Source of the DNA: a virus | Lineage: Duplodnaviria > Caudoviricetes | Virus record (IMG/VR): IMGVR_UViG_3300006151_000007 | Location: 1 to 64,000 of that record | Length of the DNA stretch: 64,000 bases | Direction: 5' to 3' (one strand) | Shown here: piece by piece, positions 45,242 to 55,156 of the stretch | Position numbering within the stretch: position 1 is the stretch's first letter | Layout: each line of letters begins with the position of its first letter | Translations under genes and position numbers: made by a program | The notes under the pieces: generated by a model | Database searches by the model: none | What the model was told of the DNA's origin: nothing | Seen by the model: only the letters and a program-made list of their open reading frames with translations

Positions 45242-46582
45242 GTGGAGCATTTAGGCGACATCACGAAGCTGAACGGATACGAGGTCCCGGTGGTGGACGT
45301 GGCGATCGGCGGGAGCCCGTGCCAGGATCTGAGCATCGCGGGGAAGCGGGCGGGGCTGGCGGGGGCGCGGAGCGGGCTGTTCATGGAGCAGGTCAGGATC
45401 GTGAAGGAGATGAGGGAGGCAGATGCAGGTCGAGGCCATGCAGGAGAGCTTGTTCGACCCCGATACATGGTGTGGGAGAACGTCGTCGGAGCCTTTAGTT
45501 CCAACAAGGGAGACGATTTCCGGGCGGTCCTCGAAGAGACGATCCGGATCGCAGCCCCGGACGCTCCCGACGTTCCATTACCTGCAAAGGGACGCTGGCC
45601 TTTGGCAGACTGCTGGATGGGGGACGGCTGGTCCGTCGCCTACCGAGTTCTCGACGCGCAGTTTTGGGGAGTGCCCCAGCGCCGCCGTAGGATCGCGCTT
45701 GTCGCAGATCTTGGAGGACACGCCGCACCGGAGATACTCTTTGTCCGCAAAGGCGTGTGCGGGGATTCTGCGCCGGGCGGAACGGCGGGGGAAGAAACTG
45801 CCGCCGGAGCTGAAGGAGGCGCTGGAACGGCAGTCGCGCTCCGGATGAGGTCCGGATGCGAGGGCGGCGGCAAGGGGGCGCTGATCCAGGTGGAGAAGAG
45901 CGGGACGCTTGGGTGTAACAACGATCAGACGATCTTTCGTCTGAACGATCAGGGCGGGAACGCCATCGTCATGCGGCAGCACAGGTTCGGGGAGTACCGG
46001 GAGGGCGTGGGGACACTGACCTCACACAACGGAACGCGCCATGCCTCGGAAACGCTCGTAGTAGACGGGCAAGTGCGCCGTCTCACTCCGCTGGAATGCG
46101 AACGCCTCCAGGGCTTCCCGGACGGGTGGACGGACATAGGGCCGTGGAGGGACAGCGTGGGGAAGCTCCACAAGCAGAGCAGCGACAGCGCACGCTACAA
46201 GGCCCTGGGGAACTCCATCGCCCTGCCGCCCTGGGCCTGGGTGTTGAAGCGTCTGTGCGCCTGCTATGAGCGGCCCGCGACCATGGCCAGCCTGTTCGAC
46301 GGGATCGGCGGCTTCCCGCTGATCTGGGAGAGGCTGAACGGCCCGGGCTCCTGCCTGTGGGCCAGCGAGATCGAAGAGTTCCCCATGGCGGTCACCGCAT
46401 ATCATTTTGGAGAGCCGCAGGAACGATGGAGAGGAGGACGGCAAATGGGCCGCTACTATTATGACATGGCAGGACGAGGCCGCGAGCTTCCGGAGCGTTC
46501 GCTGGAGCCGCCGGATTGTTGGCGGGAGGGGCCGGAGGAAGAGGAGGACGAGGACGATGCTGACGAAGATCCCTATCGCTGA
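45242..46582 (+). CDS. DNA cytosine-C5 methyltransferase, circularly permuted
   Basis: GGSPCQDLS, WENV, QRRRR, LTPLECERLQGFP, LGNS, then SLFDGIGG at 46283; reads in frame into a small acidic ORF at the 3' end. Confidence 0.9.
   Translation: MEHLGDITKLNGYEVPVVDVAIGGSPCQDLSIAGKRAGLAGARSGLFMEQVRIVKEMREADAGRGHAGELVRPRYMVWENVVGAFSSNKGDDFRAVLEETIRIAAPDAPDVPLPAKGRWPLADCWMGDGWSVAYRVLDAQFWGVPQRRRRIALVADLGGHAAPEILFVRKGVCGDSAPGGTAGEETAAGAEGGAGTAVALRMRSGCEGGGKGALIQVEKSGTLGCNNDQTIFRLNDQGGNAIVMRQHRFGEYREGVGTLTSHNGTRHASETLVVDGQVRRLTPLECERLQGFPDGWTDIGPWRDSVGKLHKQSSDSARYKALGNSIALPPWAWVLKRLCACYERPATMASLFDGIGGFPLIWERLNGPGSCLWASEIEEFPMAVTAYHFGEPQERWRGGRQMGRYYYDMAGRGRELPERSLEPPDCWREGPEEEEDEDDADEDPYR
45423..45848 (+). 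CDS. Nested alternative-frame methyltransferase subunit (M.EcoHK31I beta-like)
   Basis: LSQILED...YSLSAKACAGILRRAERRGKKLPPELKEALE. Confidence 0.7.
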   Translation: MQVEAMQESLFDPDTWCGRTSSEPLVPTRETISGRSSKRRSGSQPRTLPTFHYLQRDAGLWQTAGWGTAGPSPTEFSTRSFGECPSAAVGSRLSQILEDTPHRRYSLSAKACAGILRRAERRGKKLPPELKEALERQSRSG

Positions 46583-47543
46583 TATGTCCCATGAGGACTG
46601 GCTGGCGGAGCGGAGAAAGAGCCTGGGAGGCTCGGACGTCGGCGCGATCGTCGGGCTGCACCGATACGCCACGCCTTACACGGTCTGGGCCGAAAAGACG
46701 GGACGCATCCCGCCGAAGGAGGACAACGAGGCCATGCGCCAGGGCAGGGACCTGGAACGATATGTGGCGGAACGGTTCACAGAACGCTCCGGCAAAAAGG
46801 TGCAGCGATACAGCTATTTGCTGCGGGATGGTTCCGTCCCATATCTACACGCGAACATAGATCGACGCGTCGTGGGAGAGCGGAGCGGCCTGGAATGCAA
46901 GACCGCCTCGTCTTGGAACGCCGCTCTGTACGCTGGGGGCGGCTTCCCGGAGAGCTATTATGCACAATGCGTGGCCTATTTGGCGGTGACCGGGTGGGAA
47001 CGGTGGTATCTGGCGGCGTTGGTGCTGGGGCAGTCGTTCCACATCTATCAGATCACGACCATAGCGGACGATGGAGCTCCTGAGTGGTGCGAGGGCAGCG
47101 TATATGTGGGCCCGGACGAGATAGATGCGCTGAAGCGCTGCGCTTCCGAGTTCTGGGAGAACTATGTCGTCCCTGACGAGCCTCCACCGCCTGACGGGCT
47201 GGACCCAACGGGGGAGGCCATACAGGAGATCTATGCGGACGACGATGGCGGAACGGTCGAACTGTTCGGCCGCGATGGGCTCCTGGAGGACTATTTCCGG
47301 CTTTGCGCCGAGAGAGAGGAGACACAGCGGAGGATAGAGGCCATCAAGCAGACCATCCAGATGGACATGGGGGAGAGCACAGGCGCGGTGTGCGCAGCGG
47401 CTCACGTCTCATGGAAGCTCCAGCACCGAAGGAGCTTCGACCCCGCGGCGTTCCGCAGGGTACATCCGGAGATATCACTGGAGCCCTTTTACAAGCAGAC
47501 ACAGAGCCGTGTATTCAAGATCACGAGAGAAAAGGAGACATGA
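46557..47543 (+). CDS. YqaJ-family viral recombinase exonuclease
   Basis: WLAERRKSLGGSD, HANIDR, GLECKT and YYAQC..Y. Confidence 0.9.
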   Translation: MLTKIPIADMSHEDWLAERRKSLGGSDVGAIVGLHRYATPYTVWAEKTGRIPPKEDNEAMRQGRDLERYVAERFTERSGKKVQRYSYLLRDGSVPYLHANIDRRVVGERSGLECKTASSWNAALYAGGGFPESYYAQCVAYLAVTGWERWYLAALVLGQSFHIYQITTIADDGAPEWCEGSVYVGPDEIDALKRCASEFWENYVVPDEPPPPDGLDPTGEAIQEIYADDDGGTVELFGRDGLLEDYFRLCAEREETQRRIEAIKQTIQMDMGESTGAVCAAAHVSWKLQHRRSFDPAAFRRVHPEISLEPFYKQTQSRVFKITREKET

Positions 47544-48391
47544 ACATGGAGAACGCGATCCAAAAGGCCCAGGCCGGGAAGATGGCCACAGGGAAGGCCA
47601 CTACCATACAAGACTATGTCAAACGCATGGAGAAGGAGATCGAAAAAGCGCTCCCATCCGTCCTGACCCCGGAACGGTTCACCCGCATCACGCTGTCCGC
47701 GCTGTCTACCGACCAGACATTGGCGCAGTGTACGCCCAGATCGTTCCTGGGGGCCATGATGACGGCGGCGCAGCTCGGCTTGGAGCCGAACACGCCGCTT
47801 GGGCAGGCGTATCTCATCCCTTATCGCAACCACGGCAGACTGGAATGCCAGTTCCAGCTCGGGTACAAGGGGATGCTGGACCTGGCCTACCGCTCCGGCG
47901 TGGTGAGCACGATCCAGGCCCACGTCGTCTATGAGAACGACGAGTTCGATCATGAGTTCGGGCTGGAACCGAAGCTCCGTCACGTCCCGGCGAAACGGGA
48001 CCGGGGCGCGCCTGTATGGTTTTACGCCGTGTTCCGGACGAAGGATGATGGATACGGTTTCGATGTGATGAGCGTGGAGGAGATCAGGGCCCACGCTCAG
48101 AAGTACAGCAAGGCATATAAGAACGGCCCGTGGCAGACGAACTTCGAGGAGATGGCGAAGAAAACGGTGTTGAAGCGGGCGCTGAAATACGCGCCGCTCA
48201 AGACGGAGTTCGTCCGGGCCGTGGCTTCTGACGAGACGATCAGGTCCGGGCTGTCCGACGACATGTTCGACCTGCCCGATGAGACGGTCATCGAGACGGA
48301 GGATTATGAGGTCGGCGAGGTCACCGGGGAGCTGCCGCTCGGCGGCGAGGATGGCCCGAAGGGAGCCGCGTCAGGAGAGGGCTCCCATTGA
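47540..48391 (+). CDS. recT: RecT single-strand annealing protein
   Basis: SFLGAMMTAAQLGLEPNTPLGQAYLIPY...QFQLGYKG; EMAKKTVLK. Confidence 0.92.
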   Translation: MNMENAIQKAQAGKMATGKATTIQDYVKRMEKEIEKALPSVLTPERFTRITLSALSTDQTLAQCTPRSFLGAMMTAAQLGLEPNTPLGQAYLIPYRNHGRLECQFQLGYKGMLDLAYRSGVVSTIQAHVVYENDEFDHEFGLEPKLRHVPAKRDRGAPVWFYAVFRTKDDGYGFDVMSVEEIRAHAQKYSKAYKNGPWQTNFEEMAKKTVLKRALKYAPLKTEFVRAVASDETIRSGLSDDMFDLPDETVIETEDYEVGEVTGELPLGGEDGPKGAASGEGSH

Positions 48392-48520
48392 CATCGTCAC
48401 CCAGGCGGAGCCGGATGCGGTGTGGCTGGCGGGGCAAGGCGCCAGTCACACCGGCCGCCGGCACAGGCGGAAGGGCGAAGACAAGAGCGCGATCTACATT
48501 GAGTACAGGAGGGATACGAA

Positions 48521-48955
48521 TTGCTGAACCATATCGTCATCATGGGCCGCCTGGCCCGCGACCCGGAGCTGCGCCACACCCAAAGCGGCATCCCCGTGGC
48601 CAGCTTCCGCCTCGCGGTGGACCGGGACTTCAAGGACAAGAACACCGGCGAGCGCGCCACTGACTGGATCGACGTGGTGGCCTGGCGGGGCGCCGGCGAG
48701 TTCGTCAGCCGTTATTTCACCAAGGGCCGCATGGCCGTGGTGGAGGGGCGGCTGCAGATGCGGGACTGGACGGACAAAGACGGCGACCGCCGCACTTCCG
48801 CCGAGGTGGTGGCGGACAGCGTATACTTCGCCGATGCCCGGCGGGACAGCGACAGCGCCGGCACGTCCGGGAGCCCTCAGGCCCCGGCGGGACATGGCGC
48901 TGCGCCGGGCGGCTGGACCTCCGGACCGACCGACGACGGCTCCCTTCCCTTCTGA
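48521..48955 (+). CDS. ssb: Single-stranded DNA-binding protein
   Basis: MLNHIVIMGRLARDPELR; C-terminal DDGSLPF. Confidence 0.95.
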   Translation: MLNHIVIMGRLARDPELRHTQSGIPVASFRLAVDRDFKDKNTGERATDWIDVVAWRGAGEFVSRYFTKGRMAVVEGRLQMRDWTDKDGDRRTSAEVVADSVYFADARRDSDSAGTSGSPQAPAGHGAAPGGWTSGPTDDGSLPF

Positions 48956-48968
48956 GGCGGTGAGGCGA

Positions 48969-49286
48969 GTGACCTACATCGACTATCTGAACGACTTCAA
49001 CCAATGGCTCGAAACCAACGCTCTGCCAGCGTCCTCACAATTGATGTTCTACAAATTATTGTACGTCTTCAATAGAGCGGGTTGGCCGGAGTACGTAGGA
49101 GTAGATAACTTGCGGTTGATGCTCATGACAGATACCAAGTCTGAAAAAACGGTCATCCGTGCGCGGGACAAGCTGGTGGAGGCCGGGTTCATCACCTACA
49201 AAAAGGGGCGGAAGGGGATGCCGAACCAATACGCTCTTTGTGAGAAACACTGTAAAAATTACAGTATAAACGACAGTGTATCTTAA
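48969..49286 (+). pseudogene. Replication initiator N-terminal HTH, apparently truncated
   Basis: TAA at 49284 precedes the iteron-coding tract; the downstream S-rich/HIKTKT tract is out of frame and contains stops. Confidence 0.55.
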
Positions 49287-49366
49287 AAATATACTGTAAC
49301 CATTACAGTGTATCCGCCAGTATATCCACCAGTATATCCGCCAGTGTATCCGCCAGTATATCCGCC
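49249..49366. repeat. Candidate replication origin
   Basis: Five 12-bp repeats AGT(A/G)TATCC(G/A)CC at 49307-49366; two ACTGTAA-N3-TTACAGT palindromes at 49249 and 49293. Confidence 0.7.
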
Positions 49367-49553
49367 AGCCATATAAAGACAAAGACATAGACAAAGACAA
49401 AGACGTAGATATACTGACCTGTTACGTAGTGCTCCTGTATAGACGTTCTAAGACTTGAAACTATCATCCTCCTAACGAAAGAGGAGGAGACTTATACCTG
49501 GTACGTAGGCGCGGAGGCTTCCTCTCCGCCTTCTCGACAAGAGGTGAGGTTTT

Positions 49554-49913
49554 TTGAAAAGAAATGAGATCGACGACCTGTTCCGTTTGCTGGCGATCTT
49601 CCGCCCTGGGGACAAGCACCTGTCGGACCCGATGCTGCGCTCCGCGTGGTTCCTGGTCCTGGAACCGTTCGACCACGACGATGTGAGGGATGCGGTGGCA
49701 GGATACTTCAGGGAGAACAAATATTGGCCGGACGTGACGGACATCGCGAAACGGTGCCCGCGCCCTGTATGTGCCGGGCCGGCGGGAACGGGCCCTGCGG
49801 CAAAGAACGCGATGTGTCTCCCGAGCCTGGAGCGTGTCCGCAGGCATGACGAATGGATCGACAAGTTCCTCGACGATCTCGATCCAGGCTGGAGGGAGCG
49901 TTGGAGGGCATGA
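49554..49913 (+). CDS. Replication accessory protein (helicase loader/inhibitor-like)
   Basis: Follows the initiator; AW..VL...VRDAV...WPDVTDI. Confidence 0.55.
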   Translation: MKRNEIDDLFRLLAIFRPGDKHLSDPMLRSAWFLVLEPFDHDDVRDAVAGYFRENKYWPDVTDIAKRCPRPVCAGPAGTGPAAKNAMCLPSLERVRRHDEWIDKFLDDLDPGWRERWRA

Positions 49914-50286
49914 TGGCGAAGCTGGTGGTCCCCGGGCCTCTGCCGGGGCTGAACGACCTCATCACGGCCGAACGCTCCCACAGGCAGAAGGGCGCAGCCA
50001 TGAAGCGGCAGGTCCAGCGGGTGGTAGAGCAGTGCGCCAAAAAGCAGTTGCGCGATTTTCGGCCCACTCGTCCGGTTTGGATGAGCACACCTGGTATGAA
50101 CGAGACCGCCGCAGGGACAAAGACAACATAAGCTCGTTCGGGCGGAAGGTGATCCAGGATGGGCTGGTCAAGGCCGGGGTCCTCGCCAATGACGGATGGG
50201 CGCAGATAGCGGGCTTTTCTGACGAGTTCCACGTGGACGCGAAGCGGCCGCGCGTAGAGATCGAGATCGGGGAGGTGACGATATGA
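49910..50286 (+). pseudogene. rusA: RusA-like resolvase with a frameshift
   Basis: LPGLNDL...PVW in one frame, TWYERDRRRDKDNI...IQDGLV in another; shift near 50087. Confidence 0.75.
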
Positions 50287-50663
50287 CAGGACTTTCGAGC
50301 GCAGTCGAGCTGTACGACCCATATGGGATCAGCCATGCCGTCAGGCCGTGGGTCAGCCCGCCGGACCCGCCGGAGCAGGTACATACCTGCGACCCGCAGA
50401 CGGCGATCGACCGCTGCCTCGACTGCAAACGGAAACGATGCTATGGGAACTGTGCGCCGCACGAGGGAGAGCAGACGAGGACATGGGGATGCTATGACGA
50501 GCTCGACGCTCGGATAGATGCCCTGCTGCGCGCCGGCTTGAGGAGCGGCCCCATTTGCCAGGAGCTCGGGATCGCGATGAAGGAGCTCAAGAACGCGAAG
50601 GCGAGGCTGCGCTACAGGGCCAGACGCGACGCAGCGGAGGGGAGGAGGGGGAAAGACGGATGA
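50283..50663 (+). CDS. Hypothetical protein
   Basis: CLDCKRKRC plus HTH-like C-terminus; ATGA coupling. Confidence 0.55.
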   Translation: MTGLSSAVELYDPYGISHAVRPWVSPPDPPEQVHTCDPQTAIDRCLDCKRKRCYGNCAPHEGEQTRTWGCYDELDARIDALLRAGLRSGPICQELGIAMKELKNAKARLRYRARRDAAEGRRGKDG

Positions 50664-51031
50664 GACCGATCGATGCAGATGGACTTGAGATCGACATGGC
50701 GGAAGAAGTGTTCGACGGAGATGGGGGCTATAAGATCTTCGGGTACAGCAAACGGCAGATCGACGCCGCACCCACCATCGCCTCGCAGCCCAACGACCCG
50801 CTCACCCTGGAGGAGCTGAGGGGGATGGACGGGGAGCCGGTGTGGATAACGCCGGGCGGGTTTTGGGCGTTGGTCATAGCTAAGGCTGATGAGCGCGTTA
50901 GACTTAGATGCAATGACGGCGAAACCGTTTGGGCGGATAAAGAAATCGAATTGGTGGGGCCGGTATACCGCCGCAGGCCGGAGGAGGGGGTTAGGAGAAC
51001 GATATGCGTTATTCGTGGTGGGGGCATATAA
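50660..51031 (+). CDS. Phage hypothetical protein
   Basis: MRPIDAD...IDAAPTI plus PLTLEELRGMDGEPVW. Confidence 0.65.
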   Translation: MRPIDADGLEIDMAEEVFDGDGGYKIFGYSKRQIDAAPTIASQPNDPLTLEELRGMDGEPVWITPGGFWALVIAKADERVRLRCNDGETVWADKEIELVGPVYRRRPEEGVRRTICVIRGGGI

Positions 51032-51309
51032 AGGCGATCATACGGGCATATCCAGCCCGCCAGGGGAAGGAGCTATCTGGCGTAGCCCTGAGAGATCAGA
51101 TGGCCGTGCAAGGAGCCATAGAGGCTACAAGACACATGGATGGCGGAGAAGCGAGGATGAAGGTCATCAGATTGTTGCACTGGAGCGTTCCGATTACACT
51201 CAATTTGAACGGAGTCGCACTTGCTGTCAAGTGTGATAGGGCCACAGCGGCAAGATGGCAGCGCAAATTCTTTGAAGAAGTGGCGAGGAACCGAGATCTG
51301 CTCGATTGA
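51004..51309 (+). CDS. Putative late regulator
   Basis: Last gene before terS; C-terminal HTH-like segment. Confidence 0.55.
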   Translation: MRYSWWGHIKAIIRAYPARQGKELSGVALRDQMAVQGAIEATRHMDGGEARMKVIRLLHWSVPITLNLNGVALAVKCDRATAARWQRKFFEEVARNRDLLD

Positions 51310-51641
51310 AAGATGCGACTTTTTGACCTTGTTTTTATGCGATAATAAGGCAGGTGGGAGCCCTCCATCCTCCCACCCATGCTCCTCCTCCTCTTGACCA
51401 CGAAGGGGCAGCGGGTCTCGGTCCGCTGCCCCGGATGTGGGAGATGTGCCGTTCTTTGAAGCTCATATCTCTGTGTAGCGGGAAGCGGCAGGGGCTATAT
51501 GCAGTGGACCGGCGCATGGACCGGGAGCTGCACTGTGAGAGGAAACGCATGGCGGGGTATGTTCCCGCAGCCTTTTCTATCAGATCAAAATGCAAAACAT
51601 TCTCCTTGGTTGAGATAGACCTGGAGCAAGAGGTGATGAGA

Positions 51642-52085
51642 GTGGCCCGTGGTAAGTTTGGATATTGGCTGACTGAGGACGGGCTACTGCTGTTGGGCGG
51701 GTGGGCCCAGGAGGGGCTGACCGATGAACAGATGGCAGAAAAGATGGGGATCGTTCCATCAACGCTATACGACTGGAAAAACAAATTCCCAAAGATTTCA
51801 GAGGCCCTAAAAAAGGGAAAAGAAATCGTTGATATCCAGGTCGAAAACGCTTTGCTCAAACGGGCGCTCGGCTATGATTATCAGGAGGAACGGGTCGAGC
51901 GTTCTGACAAAGACGGCGTAAAAGTGATCCAGACGTTGAAGCATGTCCCGCCCGATACGACGGCTCAGATCTTTTGGCTGAAGAACCGCAGGCCAGATAA
52001 ATGGCGAGACAAGCCGGTCGACGTGAAAGAACAGACCACCGTGGAAGACCTGACCGCGCTGGCGGAGAAATTGAGGGCTGAATGA
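51642..52085 (+). CDS. Terminase small subunit
   Basis: WAQEGLTDEQMAEKMGI...TLYDWK...VENALLKRALGY...IFWLKNRRP. Confidence 0.85.
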   Translation: MARGKFGYWLTEDGLLLLGGWAQEGLTDEQMAEKMGIVPSTLYDWKNKFPKISEALKKGKEIVDIQVENALLKRALGYDYQEERVERSDKDGVKVIQTLKHVPPDTTAQIFWLKNRRPDKWRDKPVDVKEQTTVEDLTALAEKLRAE

Positions 52086-52086
52086 C

Positions 52087-53376
52087 ATGACCCTCACCCA
52101 AACCATCCCTTGGTCCGACTTCTCGGACAAGCATAAATACTACATCCACAATGCCCTGAAAAGCCGCATCTGCGTGGCGGAGGGGGCGATACGATCCGGA
52201 AAGACTATCGACCACTGCATCATCGCCGCAGCGCACCTGGAGCTGTGTCGGGACAAGATCCACCTCGCGTCCGGCTCCACCATCGGCAATGCCAAGCTGA
52301 ACATCGGTGTATGCAATGGTTTCGGTTTGGAGGCCCTGTTCCGTGGCCGCTGTAAGTGGGGCAAATACCGGGACAACGAGGCACTGTTCCTCTACACCCA
52401 GACCGGCGAGAAGGTGGTCGTTTTCGCCGGGGGCGGCAAGGCCGACAGCTACAAGCGTATCTTAGGAAATTCCTACGGTTTGTGGATCGCAACGGAGATC
52501 AATGAGCACTACGACAGCGACGACAGTCGGGAGTCGTTTATCAAGGTGGCCTTTGGCCGTCAGGCGGCAGCGCAGGACCCGCTGGTGCTGTGGGACCTGA
52601 ACCCCTGCAACCCGAACCATCGGATCTATGAGGACTACATAGACCATTACGCAAGGACCGGTCTCTCAGGCTACCTATACGAGCATTTCACCATCGACGA
52701 TAATCTCTCCATCTCCAACGAGCGTCGGGAGGAGATCAAGGCGCAGTACGATCCGTCCAGCATCTGGTACAAGCGGGACATCCTTGGGCAGCGGTGCGTG
52801 GCCGAGGGCCTGGTGTATCCCATGTTCAGCGAAGAGGGCCACGTGGTGGACGAGATACCCTGGCAAGCCCTCCAGCGGGGGAGATGGTATATCTCGGTAG
52901 ATTATGGCACAGTGAACCCGACCTCGGCGGGGCTTTGGTGCCTGTGGCGGGGGACGGCGTATCGCGCCGGCGAATATTACTATGACAGCAGGAAGCCTGG
53001 GAACCATCAGCGCACGGATGAAGAGCATTATGCAGGTCTGGAGGAGCTGGCCGGAGACAAGAAGATAGATCGGATCGTCGTGGACCCATCCGCAGCCAGC
53101 TTCAAGGAGACGATCCGGAGGCACGGGAGGTTCGCCGTGTGGGACGCAGACAACAGCGTCGTGGATGGCATCCGGTTGACGGCGTCGCTGTTGCAGGCCG
53201 GTCGGATCCTGATCCACAGGGACTGCAGGGGCCTGCTGTCGGAGATCGCCGCATACCGCTGGGACACGGAAGCGTCGATGGATACGGTGATAAAAGAAGC
53301 GGATCACGCCTGTGACGACATGCGGTACTTCTGCTCCACTATCATGGCGCGGGAAGTGCGGTCTGCGGGCATATGA
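52087..53376 (+). CDS. terL: Terminase large subunit, PBSX family
   Basis: EGAIRSGKT, ATEINEH, VDYGTVNP and DHACDDMRY. Confidence 0.95.
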   Translation: MTLTQTIPWSDFSDKHKYYIHNALKSRICVAEGAIRSGKTIDHCIIAAAHLELCRDKIHLASGSTIGNAKLNIGVCNGFGLEALFRGRCKWGKYRDNEALFLYTQTGEKVVVFAGGGKADSYKRILGNSYGLWIATEINEHYDSDDSRESFIKVAFGRQAAAQDPLVLWDLNPCNPNHRIYEDYIDHYARTGLSGYLYEHFTIDDNLSISNERREEIKAQYDPSSIWYKRDILGQRCVAEGLVYPMFSEEGHVVDEIPWQALQRGRWYISVDYGTVNPTSAGLWCLWRGTAYRAGEYYYDSRKPGNHQRTDEEHYAGLEELAGDKKIDRIVVDPSAASFKETIRRHGRFAVWDADNSVVDGIRLTASLLQAGRILIHRDCRGLLSEIAAYRWDTEASMDTVIKEADHACDDMRYFCSTIMAREVRSAGI

Positions 53377-53421
53377 CAGGGACATTTCGATGGGCTATCA
53401 AAAAAGAGGAGGATATCTAGC

Positions 53422-53796
53422 ATGAACGAACTGAAAGTGTTCAACTATGAGAGCAATGAGGTCCGCACCATCATGCGTGATGGGGAGCCGTGGTTCGTGC
53501 TCAAGGATGTGTGCCGGATCTTGGACATATCAGACCACAAGGTCGTTGCTAGGCGATTGGATAAGGATGAGGTGTGCCAAACACCCATCACCGATAGCAT
53601 GGGTCGCAAACAGGATACGACCATCATCAACGAGTCGGGCCTGTACAACGTCTGGGACACCAATGCTGTTGACCGTGGCGAGGATGTGCCGCTCAAGGAA
53701 AACGACCACTGCATGGATGCCGTGCGATATATGGTGAAGACCTTGCGCCTTGTCAAAAAATCTGCCGAAAAGGAACACAGGTCTATTTGGGATTAG
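53422..53796 (+). pseudogene. Chimera: BRO-N fused to the C-terminal end of another terminase
   Basis: BRO-N up to INESGLY, then WDTNAVDRGEDVPLKENDHCMDAVRY. Confidence 0.75.
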
Positions 53797-53800
53797 GAGG

Positions 53801-54049
53801 ATGAAGATGGGAATCCATCCATATGAACAGAAGATAGAGTTAAAACCTTGCCCGTTTTGTGGCACTCCAATGAATACAGGCAACCATTTCGGGCTTTTTG
53901 GATGGCACGAGCCAGATTGCTTCTTTTTCTATCTCGACGAGCATGAAGTGGATATGTACGAAGAAGATATATTTCCGGGGTTTATTTCCGCATGGAACAA
54001 AAGATACGAGCAGAAAAGGGAAAACGTAAATGCAGACAGGCAACATTGA
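53801..54049 (+). CDS. Lar-like Zn-finger protein
   Basis: ELKPCPFCG...AWNKR. Confidence 0.65.
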   Translation: MKMGIHPYEQKIELKPCPFCGTPMNTGNHFGLFGWHEPDCFFFYLDEHEVDMYEEDIFPGFISAWNKRYEQKRENVNADRQH

Positions 54050-54254
54050 AAATATCTCTTTTTCTAAATTCCGTTGTAACGGCTGCGGAATGGTGTTCAG
54101 CATTGTGGAGCCAAAAGAGATTTGCCCGGAATGCGGATTATTCTTTTGCGAAGCGTGTGCCAAAAGCGGAAAATATTCAAGCAATAAGTTGAAGAATATG
54201 GGAAATGTAGGAGGCGAGCCGCCGAATTGTAAATCACATATCAAGGTCTGGTAG
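54030..54254 (+). CDS. Small Zn-finger protein
   Basis: CNGC, CPEC and CEAC. Confidence 0.5.
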   Translation: MQTGNIENISFSKFRCNGCGMVFSIVEPKEICPECGLFFCEACAKSGKYSSNKLKNMGNVGGEPPNCKSHIKVW

Positions 54255-54349
54255 ACTGCGGACAGGACGAACGCCGTCGAATGGATCTTATCCGTTCCGT
54301 GGTGGATCAGCACCGCAGCAGCGAAGCGTATAAGATCGCCGCTAAATGA
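54236..54349 (+). pseudogene. Probable N-terminal remnant of an SPP1-type portal gene
   Basis: TYQGLVDCGQDERRRMDLIRSVVDQHRSSEAYKIA*; family match from recall. Confidence 0.5.
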
Positions 54350-54362
54350 GAGGAGCATCATC

Positions 54363-55121
54363 ATGAACGAACTGCAAATCATGAACATCAAGGGTATCAA
54401 GTGCTATGAGAAGGATGGCGTTGTGTACCTGGACCTCGAAACCTGTGCTCGTGGGTTGGGGTTTACGCAAGAGAAGAGCGGTGTGGAATATGTCCGTTGG
54501 GAAACGGTGAACGGTTATTTGGAGGAAATTGGTTTTCCCAAGAAGTTGGGAAAGGGTGATTTTATCCCCGAAAACATCTTCTACCGCCTTGCCATGAAGG
54601 CAAAGAACGCCGTCGCGGAGGCGTTCCAAGCCAAGATCGCCGATGAGGTCATCCCCTCCATCCGCCGCAACGGCGGATACATCCACGGGCAGGAGAACAT
54701 GACGCCGGAGGAGTTGATGGCAAAAGCGCTGATGGTGGCGCAAAAGACTTTGGCCGACCGGGAGGCCCGCATCTCGGCACTGGAGATCGCCAACTCCGCC
54801 CTGACAGTGGAGACGCAGGTCATGAAGCCCAAAGCGGACTACTTCGACGAACTGGTTGATCGGAACCTGCTGACCAATTTCCGGGAGACGGCGAAGCAGT
54901 TGGAGGTCAGGGAGCGGGACTTCATCCAGTTCCTGACCAACAAGAAGTACATCTACCGGGACAAGCGTGGCAAGCTGATGCCCTATGCCCAGCATGTGGA
55001 TAGCGGCCTGTTCGAGGTCAAGGAGTGCTTCAACGAAAAGACCCAGTGGAGCGGCACCCAGACGATGGTGACGCCCAAGGGTCGGGAGACCTTCCGGCTG
55101 CTGTTCGTCGGGGCGGCGTGA
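54363..55121 (+). CDS. Antirepressor with KilA-C/ANT domain
   Basis: FIPENIFYRL, VIPSIRRNGGY, KPKADYFD and TPKGRE. Confidence 0.9.
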   Translation: MNELQIMNIKGIKCYEKDGVVYLDLETCARGLGFTQEKSGVEYVRWETVNGYLEEIGFPKKLGKGDFIPENIFYRLAMKAKNAVAEAFQAKIADEVIPSIRRNGGYIHGQENMTPEELMAKALMVAQKTLADREARISALEIANSALTVETQVMKPKADYFDELVDRNLLTNFRETAKQLEVRERDFIQFLTNKKYIYRDKRGKLMPYAQHVDSGLFEVKECFNEKTQWSGTQTMVTPKGRETFRLLFVGAA

Positions 55122-55156
55122 ATGGCTCGGCTATCAAAAAGAGGAGGATATCCGTC

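Noticed and set aside
49380-49415. TAG reassignment (alternative genetic code)
   Set aside because: Many intact genes end in TAG at the expected place (2348, 11778, 59252), and a TAA plus frameshift also breaks this locus
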